From Candidatus Aenigmatarchaeota archaeon (GTDB lineage: Archaea > Aenigmatarchaeota > Aenigmatarchaeia > PWEA01), in assembly GCA_046539325.1 (NCBI GenBank), contig JBKHHD010000008.1, positions 1-41,272 on the forward strand: a stretch of 41,272 nucleotides of DNA, in the 5' to 3' direction. This document shows, one piece after another, positions 8,427 through 18,095 of the stretch. Under the pieces are notes generated by a model. It ran no database searches. It had not been told where the DNA came from and saw only the letters and a list, made by a program, of their open reading frames with translations. Numbering within the stretch: the stretch's first letter is position 1; the number at the start of each line of letters is the position of its first letter. The position numbers and the translations under genes were made by a program.

Positions 8427-9461
8427 ATGATGGATCCACATCAAATCGAGCTTTCCCGGGAGGTAATAATAGGAAACGAAGCATACAGAGAGTTCCCGAA
8501 AATTCTCGATAAGCTTGGACTTAAGGGACCGGCTCTTCTTCTCTGTGATGAAACCACTTTTGAAGTCGCTGGTGAGGAGGTCAAAGATATTTTGGAGAGG
8601 GAAGGTTACGCGGTGGAGAAGATGATATGCAAAGACGTTACACAGGAGGAGCTGGACAGGGTATTGAGGGAGGCGGAGCACTTCCGTTTCGTTCTAGGCG
8701 TCGGCGGAGGAAGGATAATTGATACTGCGAAGTACGTCGGAACCGAGGAGTCCGTTCCTTATATTTCTGTTCCTACAGCTCCTTCACACGACGGAATAGC
8801 CAGCTCAAGGGCAACTATAAACAAGGAGGATCGAAGGTATTCTTACGAAGCGGATGCACCGATGGCGATAGTCGCCGACATAGGAGTTATATCCAACGCT
8901 CCCTACGAACTTATAGCGGCCGGCTGTGGCGATCTTCTTTCAAATATAACTGCTGTAGAGGACTGGAAACTGGGGCAGAGCGACAACAACGAATACTATT
9001 CTGACTATGCCGCAGCTTTGTCGGTCCTTGCGGCTGAGATGGTTATAAGTTCCGCAGACATGATAAAGGAAAGAGAGGAGAGGGGAATAAGGAATCTTGT
9101 CAAGGCTTTGATATCGGCAGGAATAGCGATGTCCATAGCCGGTTCTTCAAGACCTTGCTCGGGAGCGGACCATCAGTTTTCGCATGCGCTGGACTACATA
9201 GCTGAGGAACCCGACAACCATGGAATACAGTGCGCTATGGGAGCCTTAGTTTCTGCTGAAATGAGAGGCATGGACTACAGCAAGATCAAGGAAGCTATGG
9301 TGAAGCTCAGAATACCTACAGAGGTTTCCGATACGTCCTTTTCCGAAGAGGAAGCTATAAGAGCCTGGAACGAAGCAGGTGATATAAGGGAGAGATATAC
9401 AGTGCTTGACGTCAAGGAAGAAGATACTGAAAGCTTATTTAAACGTGCGGGTATTATATAG
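8427..9461 (+). CDS. egsA: sn-glycerol-1-phosphate dehydrogenase
   Basis: GVGGGRIID.AK, PTAPSHDGIAS, SSRPCSGADHQFSHALD and HGIQC motifs. Confidence 0.95.
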   Translation: MMDPHQIELSREVIIGNEAYREFPKILDKLGLKGPALLLCDETTFEVAGEEVKDILEREGYAVEKMICKDVTQEELDRVLREAEHFRFVLGVGGGRIIDTAKYVGTEESVPYISVPTAPSHDGIASSRATINKEDRRYSYEADAPMAIVADIGVISNAPYELIAAGCGDLLSNITAVEDWKLGQSDNNEYYSDYAAALSVLAAEMVISSADMIKEREERGIRNLVKALISAGIAMSIAGSSRPCSGADHQFSHALDYIAEEPDNHGIQCAMGALVSAEMRGMDYSKIKEAMVKLRIPTEVSDTSFSEEEAIRAWNEAGDIRERYTVLDVKEEDTESLFKRAGII

Positions 9462-9473
9462 TGCCGTGATATT

Positions 9474-10154
9474 ATGGTCGGTGACTGGGACCACATAACT
9501 AAGGTAGACCCTGATAAGGAAATCTCACAGGAAAAGCTCGACAGGGTTGTGGAAAGTGGTACCGACGCACTTATGATTTCTGGTACCCAAGGAGTAACAC
9601 AAGAGAAGTTGAGGAACACCTTGGATATGTTGGAGGACTGTGACCTACCAAAAATACTTGAACCATCCGATCCTTCTACTGTCCTTTACGATGGATTTGA
9701 TGATATATATGTACCCTCGGTCGTAAATGCCAAGGATCCGACCTGGATAATGGGCCATCACAAGAACTGGGCAATAGAGTTCGATCCTAAGTGGAGTGCG
9801 ATAACAAAGGAGGCATATATTGTCCTTAACCCAGAGTCAGCAGTAGGTATGGTTACACAGGCTAAAACAGACCTTACACCGGAAGAGGTGGCTGCCTACG
9901 CCACAATAGCCGAGAAGTACTACGACTTCCCTATAATTTATATAGAGTACAGTGGAACATTCGGTGACCCGAAGGTTGTAAAGGCTGTTAAGGAAGCTTT
10001 GGATGAAGCTCATCTATTCTATGGTGGTGGTATAAAGAGCGAAGAACAGGCGAGGAAGATGGCAGAATATGCAGATTCTGTGATCGTAGGGAATGTCATT
10101 TATGAAGACGACCTGGACGTTTATTTGTCTACTGTAAAAGGTTCCAAGAAGTAG
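9474..10154 (+). CDS. Geranylgeranylglyceryl-phosphate synthase (group I, PcrB-like)
   Basis: HITKVDPDK, SGTDALMISGT, YIEYSG, FYGGGI and IVGN motifs; directly follows egsA. Confidence 0.92.
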   Translation: MVGDWDHITKVDPDKEISQEKLDRVVESGTDALMISGTQGVTQEKLRNTLDMLEDCDLPKILEPSDPSTVLYDGFDDIYVPSVVNAKDPTWIMGHHKNWAIEFDPKWSAITKEAYIVLNPESAVGMVTQAKTDLTPEEVAAYATIAEKYYDFPIIYIEYSGTFGDPKVVKAVKEALDEAHLFYGGGIKSEEQARKMAEYADSVIVGNVIYEDDLDVYLSTVKGSKK

Positions 10155-11279
10155 TTACTCTACTACAATAGGACTTTTTCTCCGAGACTTCTTTAGTTTT
10201 TCTCTTAGTTTCTTTACTTCGTTTTCTAAATTTTTGACTCTTCCTGAACTTTTCATTTCTTCCCCCAATTCTTTGAATTTCTCTTCTATGAGATTTCCTA
10301 TATCTTCTAACTTTTCCTCGAGATCTTCTTCGGAGACTTTGGTCTTTGTCTTTTTTTGAATCATTTCCTCAGTGGCTTCCTCGAAGCCCCTCAATTTATT
10401 TTCAACTTCTTCTTCGCTTAGAAAATTATCTTCTTTTAATTTTATCTCCGAAACTTGATCTTCGATGGTTTTTACTTTGTTTTGCAGCTCTTCGACATCA
10501 TTGTTTCCCATCCTGTTTTTTATTGAATCGAGTTCGTCCTTGATCTCCTCCTGTGTATTTTCAACAGAAGAAAGGTTATCTTCAATTTTATTTATGTCTG
10601 ATGAAGTATCTAGATCCCTGATATCTTCCCTAGAAAGTTTTGAGGATTTGAGATCTTCTAGCTCGTCTTCTAAGTCCTCTATATCTCGGATCTTGTCTCT
10701 TAGCTTTTCTTCTTCTTCTGAAGGATTAGATAGATCCTCAATCTCAACTGATTTTTTTACGATGTCCTTGATTTGTTCCTCGTTTATCTTTGTCTTATCT
10801 GATTTTTTCAGGTCTTCAATATCCTCCACTTTCGAAGATAGATTATTTACTTTGTTCTTTAAGTCTGAAATATCCTCAAGTTTTTCGATACTTTCCTTTG
10901 AAAACTTATCTCCAAGTTCTTCAAGCCTTTTCTTAGTTTTTCTGAATGAATCAGATATCTCATCACTTGTAATTTCCTCGAGTTGTTTCCTCAGCTCTTT
11001 ATTTTCTTCCTCGACCTTTTCGAGTTTATCAGTTATTTTATCGAAACTGGTTTTCCATCTTTCAACATCTTCTAGGTCCTCTTCTAGCTTTTTTTCCATT
11101 TCCTTCAGACGGTCTTCAAGGGCTTCTGGTGTTGGAGAATCCTCTTTTCCGTGCACTTCTGCTCTAAGTTCCTGAAAGTCCAGCTCATTTGTAAGAACTC
11201 TGTCCTCAAGCTGGCTTATCTTCGCTTCAATATCTTCAAGCTTTCTTAGGACTTCCTCGTCCTTGTTTGTTTCTGACAT
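10155..11279 (-). CDS. Long acidic coiled-coil protein
   Basis: 374 aa, E/K/D-rich heptads, ends SPIVVE. Confidence 0.8.
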   Translation of the reverse strand: MSETNKDEEVLRKLEDIEAKISQLEDRVLTNELDFQELRAEVHGKEDSPTPEALEDRLKEMEKKLEEDLEDVERWKTSFDKITDKLEKVEEENKELRKQLEEITSDEISDSFRKTKKRLEELGDKFSKESIEKLEDISDLKNKVNNLSSKVEDIEDLKKSDKTKINEEQIKDIVKKSVEIEDLSNPSEEEEKLRDKIRDIEDLEDELEDLKSSKLSREDIRDLDTSSDINKIEDNLSSVENTQEEIKDELDSIKNRMGNNDVEELQNKVKTIEDQVSEIKLKEDNFLSEEEVENKLRGFEEATEEMIQKKTKTKVSEEDLEEKLEDIGNLIEEKFKELGEEMKSSGRVKNLENEVKKLREKLKKSRRKSPIVVE

Positions 11280-11285
11280 AGTTAA

Positions 11286-11795
11286 TCAGTTCGTTTCTTT
11301 TGTTAAAAAATTTGTCCTGTTCATCCACATAACCCAAAGAGCTATGACTGCTAATATCATTGTTGAGCGCCATAGGAATCCGTGAATGATCTCATAGTTC
11401 CCTTGAGAGAATCTAAGAGCAGATAATATGATTGTAATGATTCTTAGGAGATTTAGAGAGTATATACTAGGAATTCCTACGGCCAATCCTTTCAGAACTT
11501 TGGTGACCGACTTTCCTGATGATAAGAGAAGCGCGCCGAAGAAAAAAATCCCCTTCCACGCCGTACAGTCTTCTGTTATAAGAAAATCTGCTTCTCGGAT
11601 TGTTAATCTTATTCCTTGAATTTCAACGTTTGCTCCTGTAACCCTTGCGAAGTCATAGATCCATTCAGCCGTAAGCTCCTGTAAAGCGTAGAAGTTAAAC
11701 GTTGTTGATACAAAGTAAATAACTCCTGAAAGAATTGAAAACTTTAGGAAAAAGCGAAGTAATCGTTTTATATCTTCTGTATAGTCCTCATTCAT
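11286..11795 (-). CDS. Archaeosortase/exosortase-family membrane transpeptidase
   Basis: Multi-pass membrane protein with ITEDCTA (Cys), NLLRI (Arg) and IIHG (His) catalytic-triad pattern. Confidence 0.8.
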   Translation of the reverse strand: MNEDYTEDIKRLLRFFLKFSILSGVIYFVSTTFNFYALQELTAEWIYDFARVTGANVEIQGIRLTIREADFLITEDCTAWKGIFFFGALLLSSGKSVTKVLKGLAVGIPSIYSLNLLRIITIILSALRFSQGNYEIIHGFLWRSTMILAVIALWVMWMNRTNFLTKETN

Positions 11796-12996
11796 CTCTA
11801 TCTCTGTACCTCTTCAACCAGCCTCTAAAACTTTTCTTCCCTTCTGTCTTAATTTTTTCAACAGCCTCATTATTGATGTATTTTACTCCCTGCTCTTCAT
11901 TTATTTCCAAGTCTTCTCCTCGACAGGACCATATACCTTCGGAAATTAATCTATCTATGAATGATTCTTCCAGGTCCCCTATAACGGATCCTACATCCAT
12001 TTTTTTCAGGCCCTGCAGTAACTCTTCTTCATCACCTTCAATTTCTTCCACAAAAATAACACTGCCTTCAAGTGTTTGGTTTCCATGCTCTTTCTTCAGA
12101 GTCCTTTGAGAAAGTTTTCCGAGACTTCTGATGGGTATTTTACCCTCCTTCCTGAGCTTGTTCAATAATCTGAAATGTTTGACCTTCTTTTCTAACTTTG
12201 ATTTCTCAGCCTCGAGATCCTTTATCCTGTTTTCCTTCGACCTGACGTTCCTTTTGAGCCTTTTGACTTCCCGCTTCTTCATTACCTCTTTCTTTTTACC
12301 CTGTTCCAAACTTTCTACTTCTTCTTCAAGTTCTTTTTTGTCTTCTTCCAGACCTTCTATTTTCGACTTTAGTCTTTCATTCTGTTCTTTGACCTTCTTT
12401 TTGTCCTTCCTTTCCTTCATTATTATCTGTCTGTAGTTGTCAAGTTTCTCTTCTACATTCTCATTTCTTGTCGTCTCTACATCCTCCTCTTCATCTCCTT
12501 CTTCCTCTTCCTCGCCAAGTGCCATTTCAACTGCTTCAGAAACATTTTTCGCATCACCCTTAACTACAGACTCCTTAACCTGCGGCGTAAGATCCTGAAT
12601 ATTTAGATCGTCCATCCTAGCCTCTATGTTCTTGAACTTGTCCTTGTAGCTGTTGTAGGCCTTTAACGCTGAGGCTAAAGCATCCCTCTCATGCAAATCT
12701 TCGTAGTCATACTTTCCTGTCAGCTCCTTCTTACTGTTCACGGAAAGGTCTTCCTCGGGCGTGAACCCTTTCGCTCCGAAGCTGTTTGTTATTTCCTCGA
12801 CTGTTGAAGGCATCTTTCCTTTATCAGTGCTTATCAGAACAGGATTACCTTCCCCGGAGACCTTCCTTATGATATCCTCCTTTGACATGTGCTTTTCTGA
12901 ATAAAGGTTCAGTAGCTTACCCCTTAGGTCAAGAACAGCTACAGCAGAAGTCGAGCCAGGATCTATTCCGACTATGACTCTCTTCCTCTCAGTCAT
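11788..12996 (-). CDS. DUF460-domain protein (RNase H-like N-terminus plus coiled coil)
   Basis: IVGIDPGST.AVAVLDL.G and HERDALASA motifs. Confidence 0.85.
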   Translation of the reverse strand: MTERKRVIVGIDPGSTSAVAVLDLRGKLLNLYSEKHMSKEDIIRKVSGEGNPVLISTDKGKMPSTVEEITNSFGAKGFTPEEDLSVNSKKELTGKYDYEDLHERDALASALKAYNSYKDKFKNIEARMDDLNIQDLTPQVKESVVKGDAKNVSEAVEMALGEEEEEGDEEEDVETTRNENVEEKLDNYRQIIMKERKDKKKVKEQNERLKSKIEGLEEDKKELEEEVESLEQGKKKEVMKKREVKRLKRNVRSKENRIKDLEAEKSKLEKKVKHFRLLNKLRKEGKIPIRSLGKLSQRTLKKEHGNQTLEGSVIFVEEIEGDEEELLQGLKKMDVGSVIGDLEESFIDRLISEGIWSCRGEDLEINEEQGVKYINNEAVEKIKTEGKKSFRGWLKRYRDRDE

Positions 12997-13666
12997 CCGA
13001 AATCTCCTTAGTCAGGGCCTTTCGAAGTTTCTCTGCCCTCTTTTCGCCTATTCCCCTTACTTCTTTCAGTTCTTCCTTTGAAGCTGTGAACACAGCTTCT
13101 GGTTTTTTAAACTTCTTTAGAAGTCTTTTTGACATTTTTTTATCGATATCTGGCAGACCTGCGAGAAGGAAAAGCTGTTGTTCCTTGAGTGTCGAGGGCT
13201 TCTTCTCACCTCTAAGGGATACTGTCCTCTCTTCCTCCTTTTGTTCTCTCTTAGCTATCCAGTGTAAGAAGGAAGCAGTATCCTCTTCCGAATCCGTCCA
13301 TATTATCGGTACGGAAAGGTCGATCCCGATTGAAGCAATGGCGCCACGTATAGAGTTGGGGTGGACGTCTCTCTGGCAGTACAGATCCTCCCCTTCGATC
13401 ATAAGCAAAGGCTTTTCGAAGTTTCTCTTGAGTTCCTCTAACTGGTCAAAGATATTTCCGTGGAAGACAGACGATAGAAAGTCGTTACAGCTTTTCCTCT
13501 CAACCGCGACCCTGTCAGAAAGTATGTAGTCTCCGACTTCGAGCTGCTTGGGCTTTACGGTACAGTCCTTCCTTGCCATTTCCTTTACAACGTTTGAGCG
13601 GAACTCACGGTTGTCCGCAAATATAAGTATTTCTCCATCGTCCTTCAAGATCTCTTGCTTTTCCAT
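12989..13666 (-). CDS. ERCC4/XPF nuclease with HhH (Hef nuclease half)
   Basis: D.RE, VGDY, VERKS..D and C-terminal helix-hairpin-helix (GIGEKRA). Confidence 0.92.
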   Translation of the reverse strand: MEKQEILKDDGEILIFADNREFRSNVVKEMARKDCTVKPKQLEVGDYILSDRVAVERKSCNDFLSSVFHGNIFDQLEELKRNFEKPLLMIEGEDLYCQRDVHPNSIRGAIASIGIDLSVPIIWTDSEEDTASFLHWIAKREQKEEERTVSLRGEKKPSTLKEQQLFLLAGLPDIDKKMSKRLLKKFKKPEAVFTASKEELKEVRGIGEKRAEKLRKALTKEISDD

Positions 13667-13689
13667 GCGTAGAAAAATTGTCAAGGTAA

Positions 13690-13696
13690 CTTAAAA
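13690..13696 (-). promoter_or_regulatory. Putative TATA box for the ERCC4 nuclease gene
   Basis: TTTTAAG about 24 nt upstream of the ATG at 13666 (leaderless spacing). Confidence 0.45.
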
Positions 13697-13707
13697 TAGT
13701 TCACTTT

Positions 13708-15264
13708 TCAGAACTCCTTCAGTTTGCTTTGCCCGTTGCCGTCGCTTTTCATATCCTTGAGTGTTTCCTTCATCCTTCTCTCACGGTGTTTGCTCTTCCA
13801 GTAGTAGGCCTCATCCCTTGTATCCTTCGCCATAAGAACTATTACTTTCCCGCTCTTCTCCCTTCCTGTCCTTCCTCTTCTCTGTATTGAACGTATCTCC
13901 GAAGCTACAGGTTCGTAGAAAACTACGAGATCAACCGCAGGTATATCCAGCCCTTCTTCACCTACGGAGGTAGCAATAAGCGTGTTGTACTTTCCATCTT
14001 CCAGCTTTTCAAGCCTTTCTACCTGTTCCTTTTGTGACATGCCTTCGTCACCGGCCTGTCCTATGAAAACTTCTGGTTTACATCCGTCCACTTCCTTTAG
14101 CTTTTCCTTTATCTTGCTGACCTGGTCACGGTAGTGCGAGAAGACGAGTATCTTTGAATCCTCTTTGTTCCTGAACTGTTCCTTTACAGTCTCTTCGAGC
14201 GCTTCCAGCTTGGGATGTTCAACGCCTTTATCAAGCAAAGAGCTAGTTTTTCTGAAGGCTGTCGCTATATTGGCGTCCTTCATAACGGACTTAGCGGCCT
14301 TTGTCTTACCTTCCCTTGCCTCTTCTCTCAATCTTTTCAGGTATTCGTAGAGGGAAGAAGAACCTTGCGTTTCAAGCAGCATTAGACCGTGCTCTATCTT
14401 CAGGGCTTCAGCGCTCTTTGACAACGCGGCGTAAAGCATCTTGTCTTCCTCACTCTTTGAGATCTTCTTTCTGAGCCTTCCCTGCAGCTTCAGTAGCTCC
14501 TTCCTGTACACGTCGCCTGTTGGGGCGTAGTCCCAGTCTTTGAGCTTCTTTATCCTTTTCTTGTATGCTTTCTCCAGCAGCTCCTTAACCTCCTTGAACT
14601 CCTCCGGTAGATCAACCTTCTTCCAGTTCTTTTCCACGTCTTCGACGTAACCTTCCACGTCCTTGTCGTCTTCTGTCCTTATCTCGACTTCATCGATAAA
14701 CAGGTTGTCCATAACACTCCTTATCTCCTTCTCAGAACCTCCGGGTGAGGCCGTGATACCTAAGATTCTGGGATCATCAGCTCTCTGCATATACATCTCA
14801 GCTATAAATCCATACGGATAGTCGCCTGTCGCGCGATGGCACTCGTCAAATATAACAAGCGAGAAATCGTCAAGGTTCAACCTTCCAGCTATTATGTCGT
14901 TCTGGGCTACCTGCGGCGTAGCAAAGAAGCACATACCCTTTTTGTACTCCTTCTCCCTCTTCTTCGGCCTTACCTTCCCTGTAAGCACCTTCATATCGCC
15001 CTCAGCTATCTCCAGAAAGTCGTTGAAGAAGCGCTTGTGCTGCTCTACCAGTGGCCTCGTGGGTGCCAGGAAAAGAACCTTCCCACCCTTTTTATCGAGC
15101 CGGTGTGCAGCGAGCAGGACTGCGGATATCGTCTTCCCCATTCCTGTAGGAAGCACGACAAGCGTGTTGTTTCTTACGGTCGTATGAAATATTGTTTCCT
15201 GGTAAAGCCGCTTTTCCAGCTTGTTGTCCTTTATCAGCGGGTGTTCGAAGTACTCGTCGGTCAT
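13708..15264 (-). CDS. Hef/FANCM-like SF2 helicase (helicase half) with C-terminal PIP-like motif
   Basis: LPTGMGKT, DECH, TAS, EEGLDIP and QRRGRTGR motifs; ends QSKLKEF. Confidence 0.93.
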   Translation of the reverse strand: MTDEYFEHPLIKDNKLEKRLYQETIFHTTVRNNTLVVLPTGMGKTISAVLLAAHRLDKKGGKVLFLAPTRPLVEQHKRFFNDFLEIAEGDMKVLTGKVRPKKREKEYKKGMCFFATPQVAQNDIIAGRLNLDDFSLVIFDECHRATGDYPYGFIAEMYMQRADDPRILGITASPGGSEKEIRSVMDNLFIDEVEIRTEDDKDVEGYVEDVEKNWKKVDLPEEFKEVKELLEKAYKKRIKKLKDWDYAPTGDVYRKELLKLQGRLRKKISKSEEDKMLYAALSKSAEALKIEHGLMLLETQGSSSLYEYLKRLREEAREGKTKAAKSVMKDANIATAFRKTSSLLDKGVEHPKLEALEETVKEQFRNKEDSKILVFSHYRDQVSKIKEKLKEVDGCKPEVFIGQAGDEGMSQKEQVERLEKLEDGKYNTLIATSVGEEGLDIPAVDLVVFYEPVASEIRSIQRRGRTGREKSGKVIVLMAKDTRDEAYYWKSKHRERRMKETLKDMKSDGNGQSKLKEF

Positions 15265-15298
15265 AGCAGTTAAACATAGAAGTCCAGCTTAAAGAAGT

Positions 15299-16585
15299 TT
15301 AAAACTCCTCTTCGTCTTCAAAGGCGTCTGGAGTTTCCCCGGCATGCCACGACATCCTTGGCCTTACCTTTATAGAGTAGATTCTTTCGGAGTTGTCGTC
15401 AAGGACTATGGCGCTACCTTTCTTCCTTGGTAGATTGTTGATATACTCCTGGATGTCGAACGTCATGTAGGTCTGCATAATGTTTCTCAGAGCGTCCATA
15501 TCAGGCTTTGCCGTAAGCCTGTGGGAGACTATGAGGTCGGCCTGTGAGATTGCATTGGGATGTATAGCTCCAGGGCGCTGGGTTATGAATGAAACAGATA
15601 TCCCTGGCTGTCTTCCTTCCTTTACAAGGGTCGTCAAGGGCTCCGAAGCCGGAGTCTTCCCTTCAGCAGGCAAGAACTGGTGAGCCTCGTCTATCATTAT
15701 CCAGGTCATGGGAACGTTGATCTCCTTCCTACCTCTTATCGTTGTCATCTCTTCCTTTCTCCTTGCTTCGACCCTTTTTCTGTAGATCCTCCTCGAAAGT
15801 AAGCCTACCAGAAGTCCTCTTACGCTCCATCCTGAGGACATATGGCCGAAGTAGGATATATCAAGGACGGAGACCTTGCCAGGCGAGAGGATGTCCTCTA
15901 TCGACAGACCTTCCTTGGAAAATATGCCCCATTCCTTAGCCGACAGGAATCGGTTTTCCAAAGCTTCCTTCACATCCTTGCCCGCCCTTTCGTCTTCCCT
16001 TATAGTTTCTATTATTTCGTTTATGCCGTATTCTTCCATTTCGCCCAGGTTCCTCATAACTCTCTCAAGCAAAACTCCGAGCTTGTCCGTTAACGGGATA
16101 TCAAATGCCAGGGACCAGTCCTCCACGGAAAGCTCCGAAGCTTTTATAGAAAACGTTTCGTCAAAGGGTATATTTTCTTTCTCGTAGTCCTCTTCAAAAC
16201 CTCTTGGAACATAGACATCCGCGTCAAAGGTCCTGGGCTTTAAATCCCAGTTCTTCAGAAGGTCTATCTGCTTCTCGTTTGGATTCTTAAGACTCCACCA
16301 TATGCCCATTGTATCTATCATCAACATAGAAAGATTCTGCCGTATCTCTTCCGGTAACAGGAAAAACTCCTCTGCTACCACGGCTCCAGTATAACTCTTG
16401 CCTTGACCTCTTTTTCCACAGATCAGAGAAACGTGGGGCCTCGCAACGTCCAGATGAATAGGGTTTGTCAGGTTAGCGTCTTCACCTTCGCCGACTATGT
16501 GCTTTCCGAAGTAAACCGATCCACGCTTGCCGTATTTTTCCCTGTCATCTTCGTCTCTTCCTATGATAATCTCTCGTAGAGGCAT
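15299..16585 (-). CDS. HerA/DUF87-family P-loop ATPase
   Basis: GKRGQGKS Walker A, MIDEAH Walker B, EGRQ.G....TQRP. Confidence 0.88.
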   Translation of the reverse strand: MPLREIIIGRDEDDREKYGKRGSVYFGKHIVGEGEDANLTNPIHLDVARPHVSLICGKRGQGKSYTGAVVAEEFFLLPEEIRQNLSMLMIDTMGIWWSLKNPNEKQIDLLKNWDLKPRTFDADVYVPRGFEEDYEKENIPFDETFSIKASELSVEDWSLAFDIPLTDKLGVLLERVMRNLGEMEEYGINEIIETIREDERAGKDVKEALENRFLSAKEWGIFSKEGLSIEDILSPGKVSVLDISYFGHMSSGWSVRGLLVGLLSRRIYRKRVEARRKEEMTTIRGRKEINVPMTWIMIDEAHQFLPAEGKTPASEPLTTLVKEGRQPGISVSFITQRPGAIHPNAISQADLIVSHRLTAKPDMDALRNIMQTYMTFDIQEYINNLPRKKGSAIVLDDNSERIYSIKVRPRMSWHAGETPDAFEDEEEF

Positions 16586-16627
16586 AGTTAAGATTGTTGT
16601 TTTCAGTTTAAAAGTTATTTAGTTTAT

Positions 16628-17215
16628 TCAAATCAGGAATGCCCCTATTATACCGATTATACCTGCAAGAGTTGAAGTAAGCCAGAGCCAACCACCCCAG
16701 AGTACAGTGTTTCCACCGTCGAACGGATGAATCGGAATCAGGTTCGAAACACTTATCCAGAAGTTTATAAGCGAAACTAGCCAGAACGTCCAAATTCCGG
16801 AGAAGTAATACAGTCCAAGAAAGGTTGTTCCTATTATTAAGTTCAAGATAGGACCTGACGTGGAAACCAAACCAAGTTCCTGGTCGTTTATCCCCTCAGT
16901 TTTCCTCAACCATCTTCCTGTTTCCGTGGCCCTCATCTTCGTTATAAGCGGTATCGCAAGGACGGCCAGTCCTTGGCTGAGTATACCTGTAGCTAGTGTT
17001 AGAACTATTCCAATTCCTGAAAGCTCTGATTTGTTTTCTATACCCTCTACTTCTGAAAGTTTTTCGTGTGCAACTTCGTGAACAAAGTAGCTAAGAAAGA
17101 CTATGATAAAACAGAGAACAAAAAAACCAGGATTTATGTCTTGAATGGTGAAAGCGCTGGAAATAACTAGCACAGAAATCAAGAAGTTCCTCCATTGTTC
17201 CTTCCTGGAGATCAT
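16628..17215 (-). CDS. M50 (site-2) membrane zinc metalloprotease
   Basis: HEVAH, SGPILN and NLIPIHPFDGG motifs. Confidence 0.88.
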   Translation of the reverse strand: MISRKEQWRNFLISVLVISSAFTIQDINPGFFVLCFIIVFLSYFVHEVAHEKLSEVEGIENKSELSGIGIVLTLATGILSQGLAVLAIPLITKMRATETGRWLRKTEGINDQELGLVSTSGPILNLIIGTTFLGLYYFSGIWTFWLVSLINFWISVSNLIPIHPFDGGNTVLWGGWLWLTSTLAGIIGIIGAFLI

Positions 17216-17415
17216 TATTCTTCATCTTCCTTTATTACTTCGATATCCTTTCCAAGTACCTTCTCTGCAGCGCGGACGTTTGATCCACCGGGTCCGATTG
17301 CCTTTCCTATCATTTCCTCGTCGATGTCTACCCGAATTACGTCTTCTTCTTCCATGACTTCATTGATCTCTACGTCCATCATCTTCTCCAGTTTCTTCTT
17401 TAAATCTTCAGCGAT
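17215..17415 (-). CDS. Small single-KH-domain (NusA-like) RNA-binding protein
   Basis: Not in the ORF track; reads ...IRVDIDEEMIGKAIGPGGSNVRAAEKVLGKDIEV. Start is either ATC at 17415 after GGGGTGA or ATG at 17382. Stop overlaps the M50 ATG (TAATG). Confidence 0.8.
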   Translation of the reverse strand: MAEDLKKKLEKMMDVEINEVMEEEDVIRVDIDEEMIGKAIGPGGSNVRAAEKVLGKDIEVIKEDEE

Positions 17416-17451
17416 GTTATCACCCCTTCTCTATGGGTTAATTAGCAATGA

Positions 17452-18087
17452 TTATTTAAAAGTGTTGTTCACGTACTCGATGTCTCTTTCATCAAGCCTC
17501 CTCTTGATTCCGGGTAAATGCCCGGCTCCGACCACTGCAAGCACCGTATCCTCCTCCTTTTGTAACTCCTCAAGTACTGTAGCCATTACATCATTCCTTT
17601 CCTCGACCAAGACGGAGTACATCTTTGGTGCTTTCTTCTCCATCAGGTCCAGACTTTCCTTGATTATTTCGTAGGAAGGGACCTCGTTAAGGTCGAATTT
17701 GCGGCCCTTTAACTTCCTGAAGGACAGAAAAGAAGATAGGAAGAGCCTTGCCTTCTCCATGGCCCCTACTTTTCTGAAGCCTTGTATAGTTCCGTGTATC
17801 GGTCTGTCTATCAGGTATACATTTATGCCTCTTTTTCCGGCTTCTTCCGTTGCCGTTAACATTTCTTCCCCAGGTAGTACGCCAGTTTTTTCACCTAGCT
17901 TCTTCTGAATCCAGGAGAGAATACGGAAGAAAACTGAGGGATAACCTTCACTTTCACCTGATTTCAATGCCCTGTACCTGCCTTCATCAAGCTCTACAGC
18001 CACACAGTCCGGACCCTTTTCCATCTCCTCCTTTATCCGTTTTATGGACTTTGGTGATATATGTGAAGTTCCGACAAGTATTATCAT
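17452..18087 (-). CDS. TraB/PrgY-family protein
   Basis: VGTSHIS, VAVELD..R, PGEEM, IDR, ERN.VM and VVGAGH motifs. Confidence 0.9.
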   Translation of the reverse strand: MIILVGTSHISPKSIKRIKEEMEKGPDCVAVELDEGRYRALKSGESEGYPSVFFRILSWIQKKLGEKTGVLPGEEMLTATEEAGKRGINVYLIDRPIHGTIQGFRKVGAMEKARLFLSSFLSFRKLKGRKFDLNEVPSYEIIKESLDLMEKKAPKMYSVLVEERNDVMATVLEELQKEEDTVLAVVGAGHLPGIKRRLDERDIEYVNNTFK

Positions 18088-18095
18088 ACAGACAC

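Noticed and set aside
10465-11175. Long Ser/Phe/Leu-rich plus-strand ORFs (also 30003..30800 - and similar)
   Set aside because: Typical antisense open frames of E/K-rich genes.
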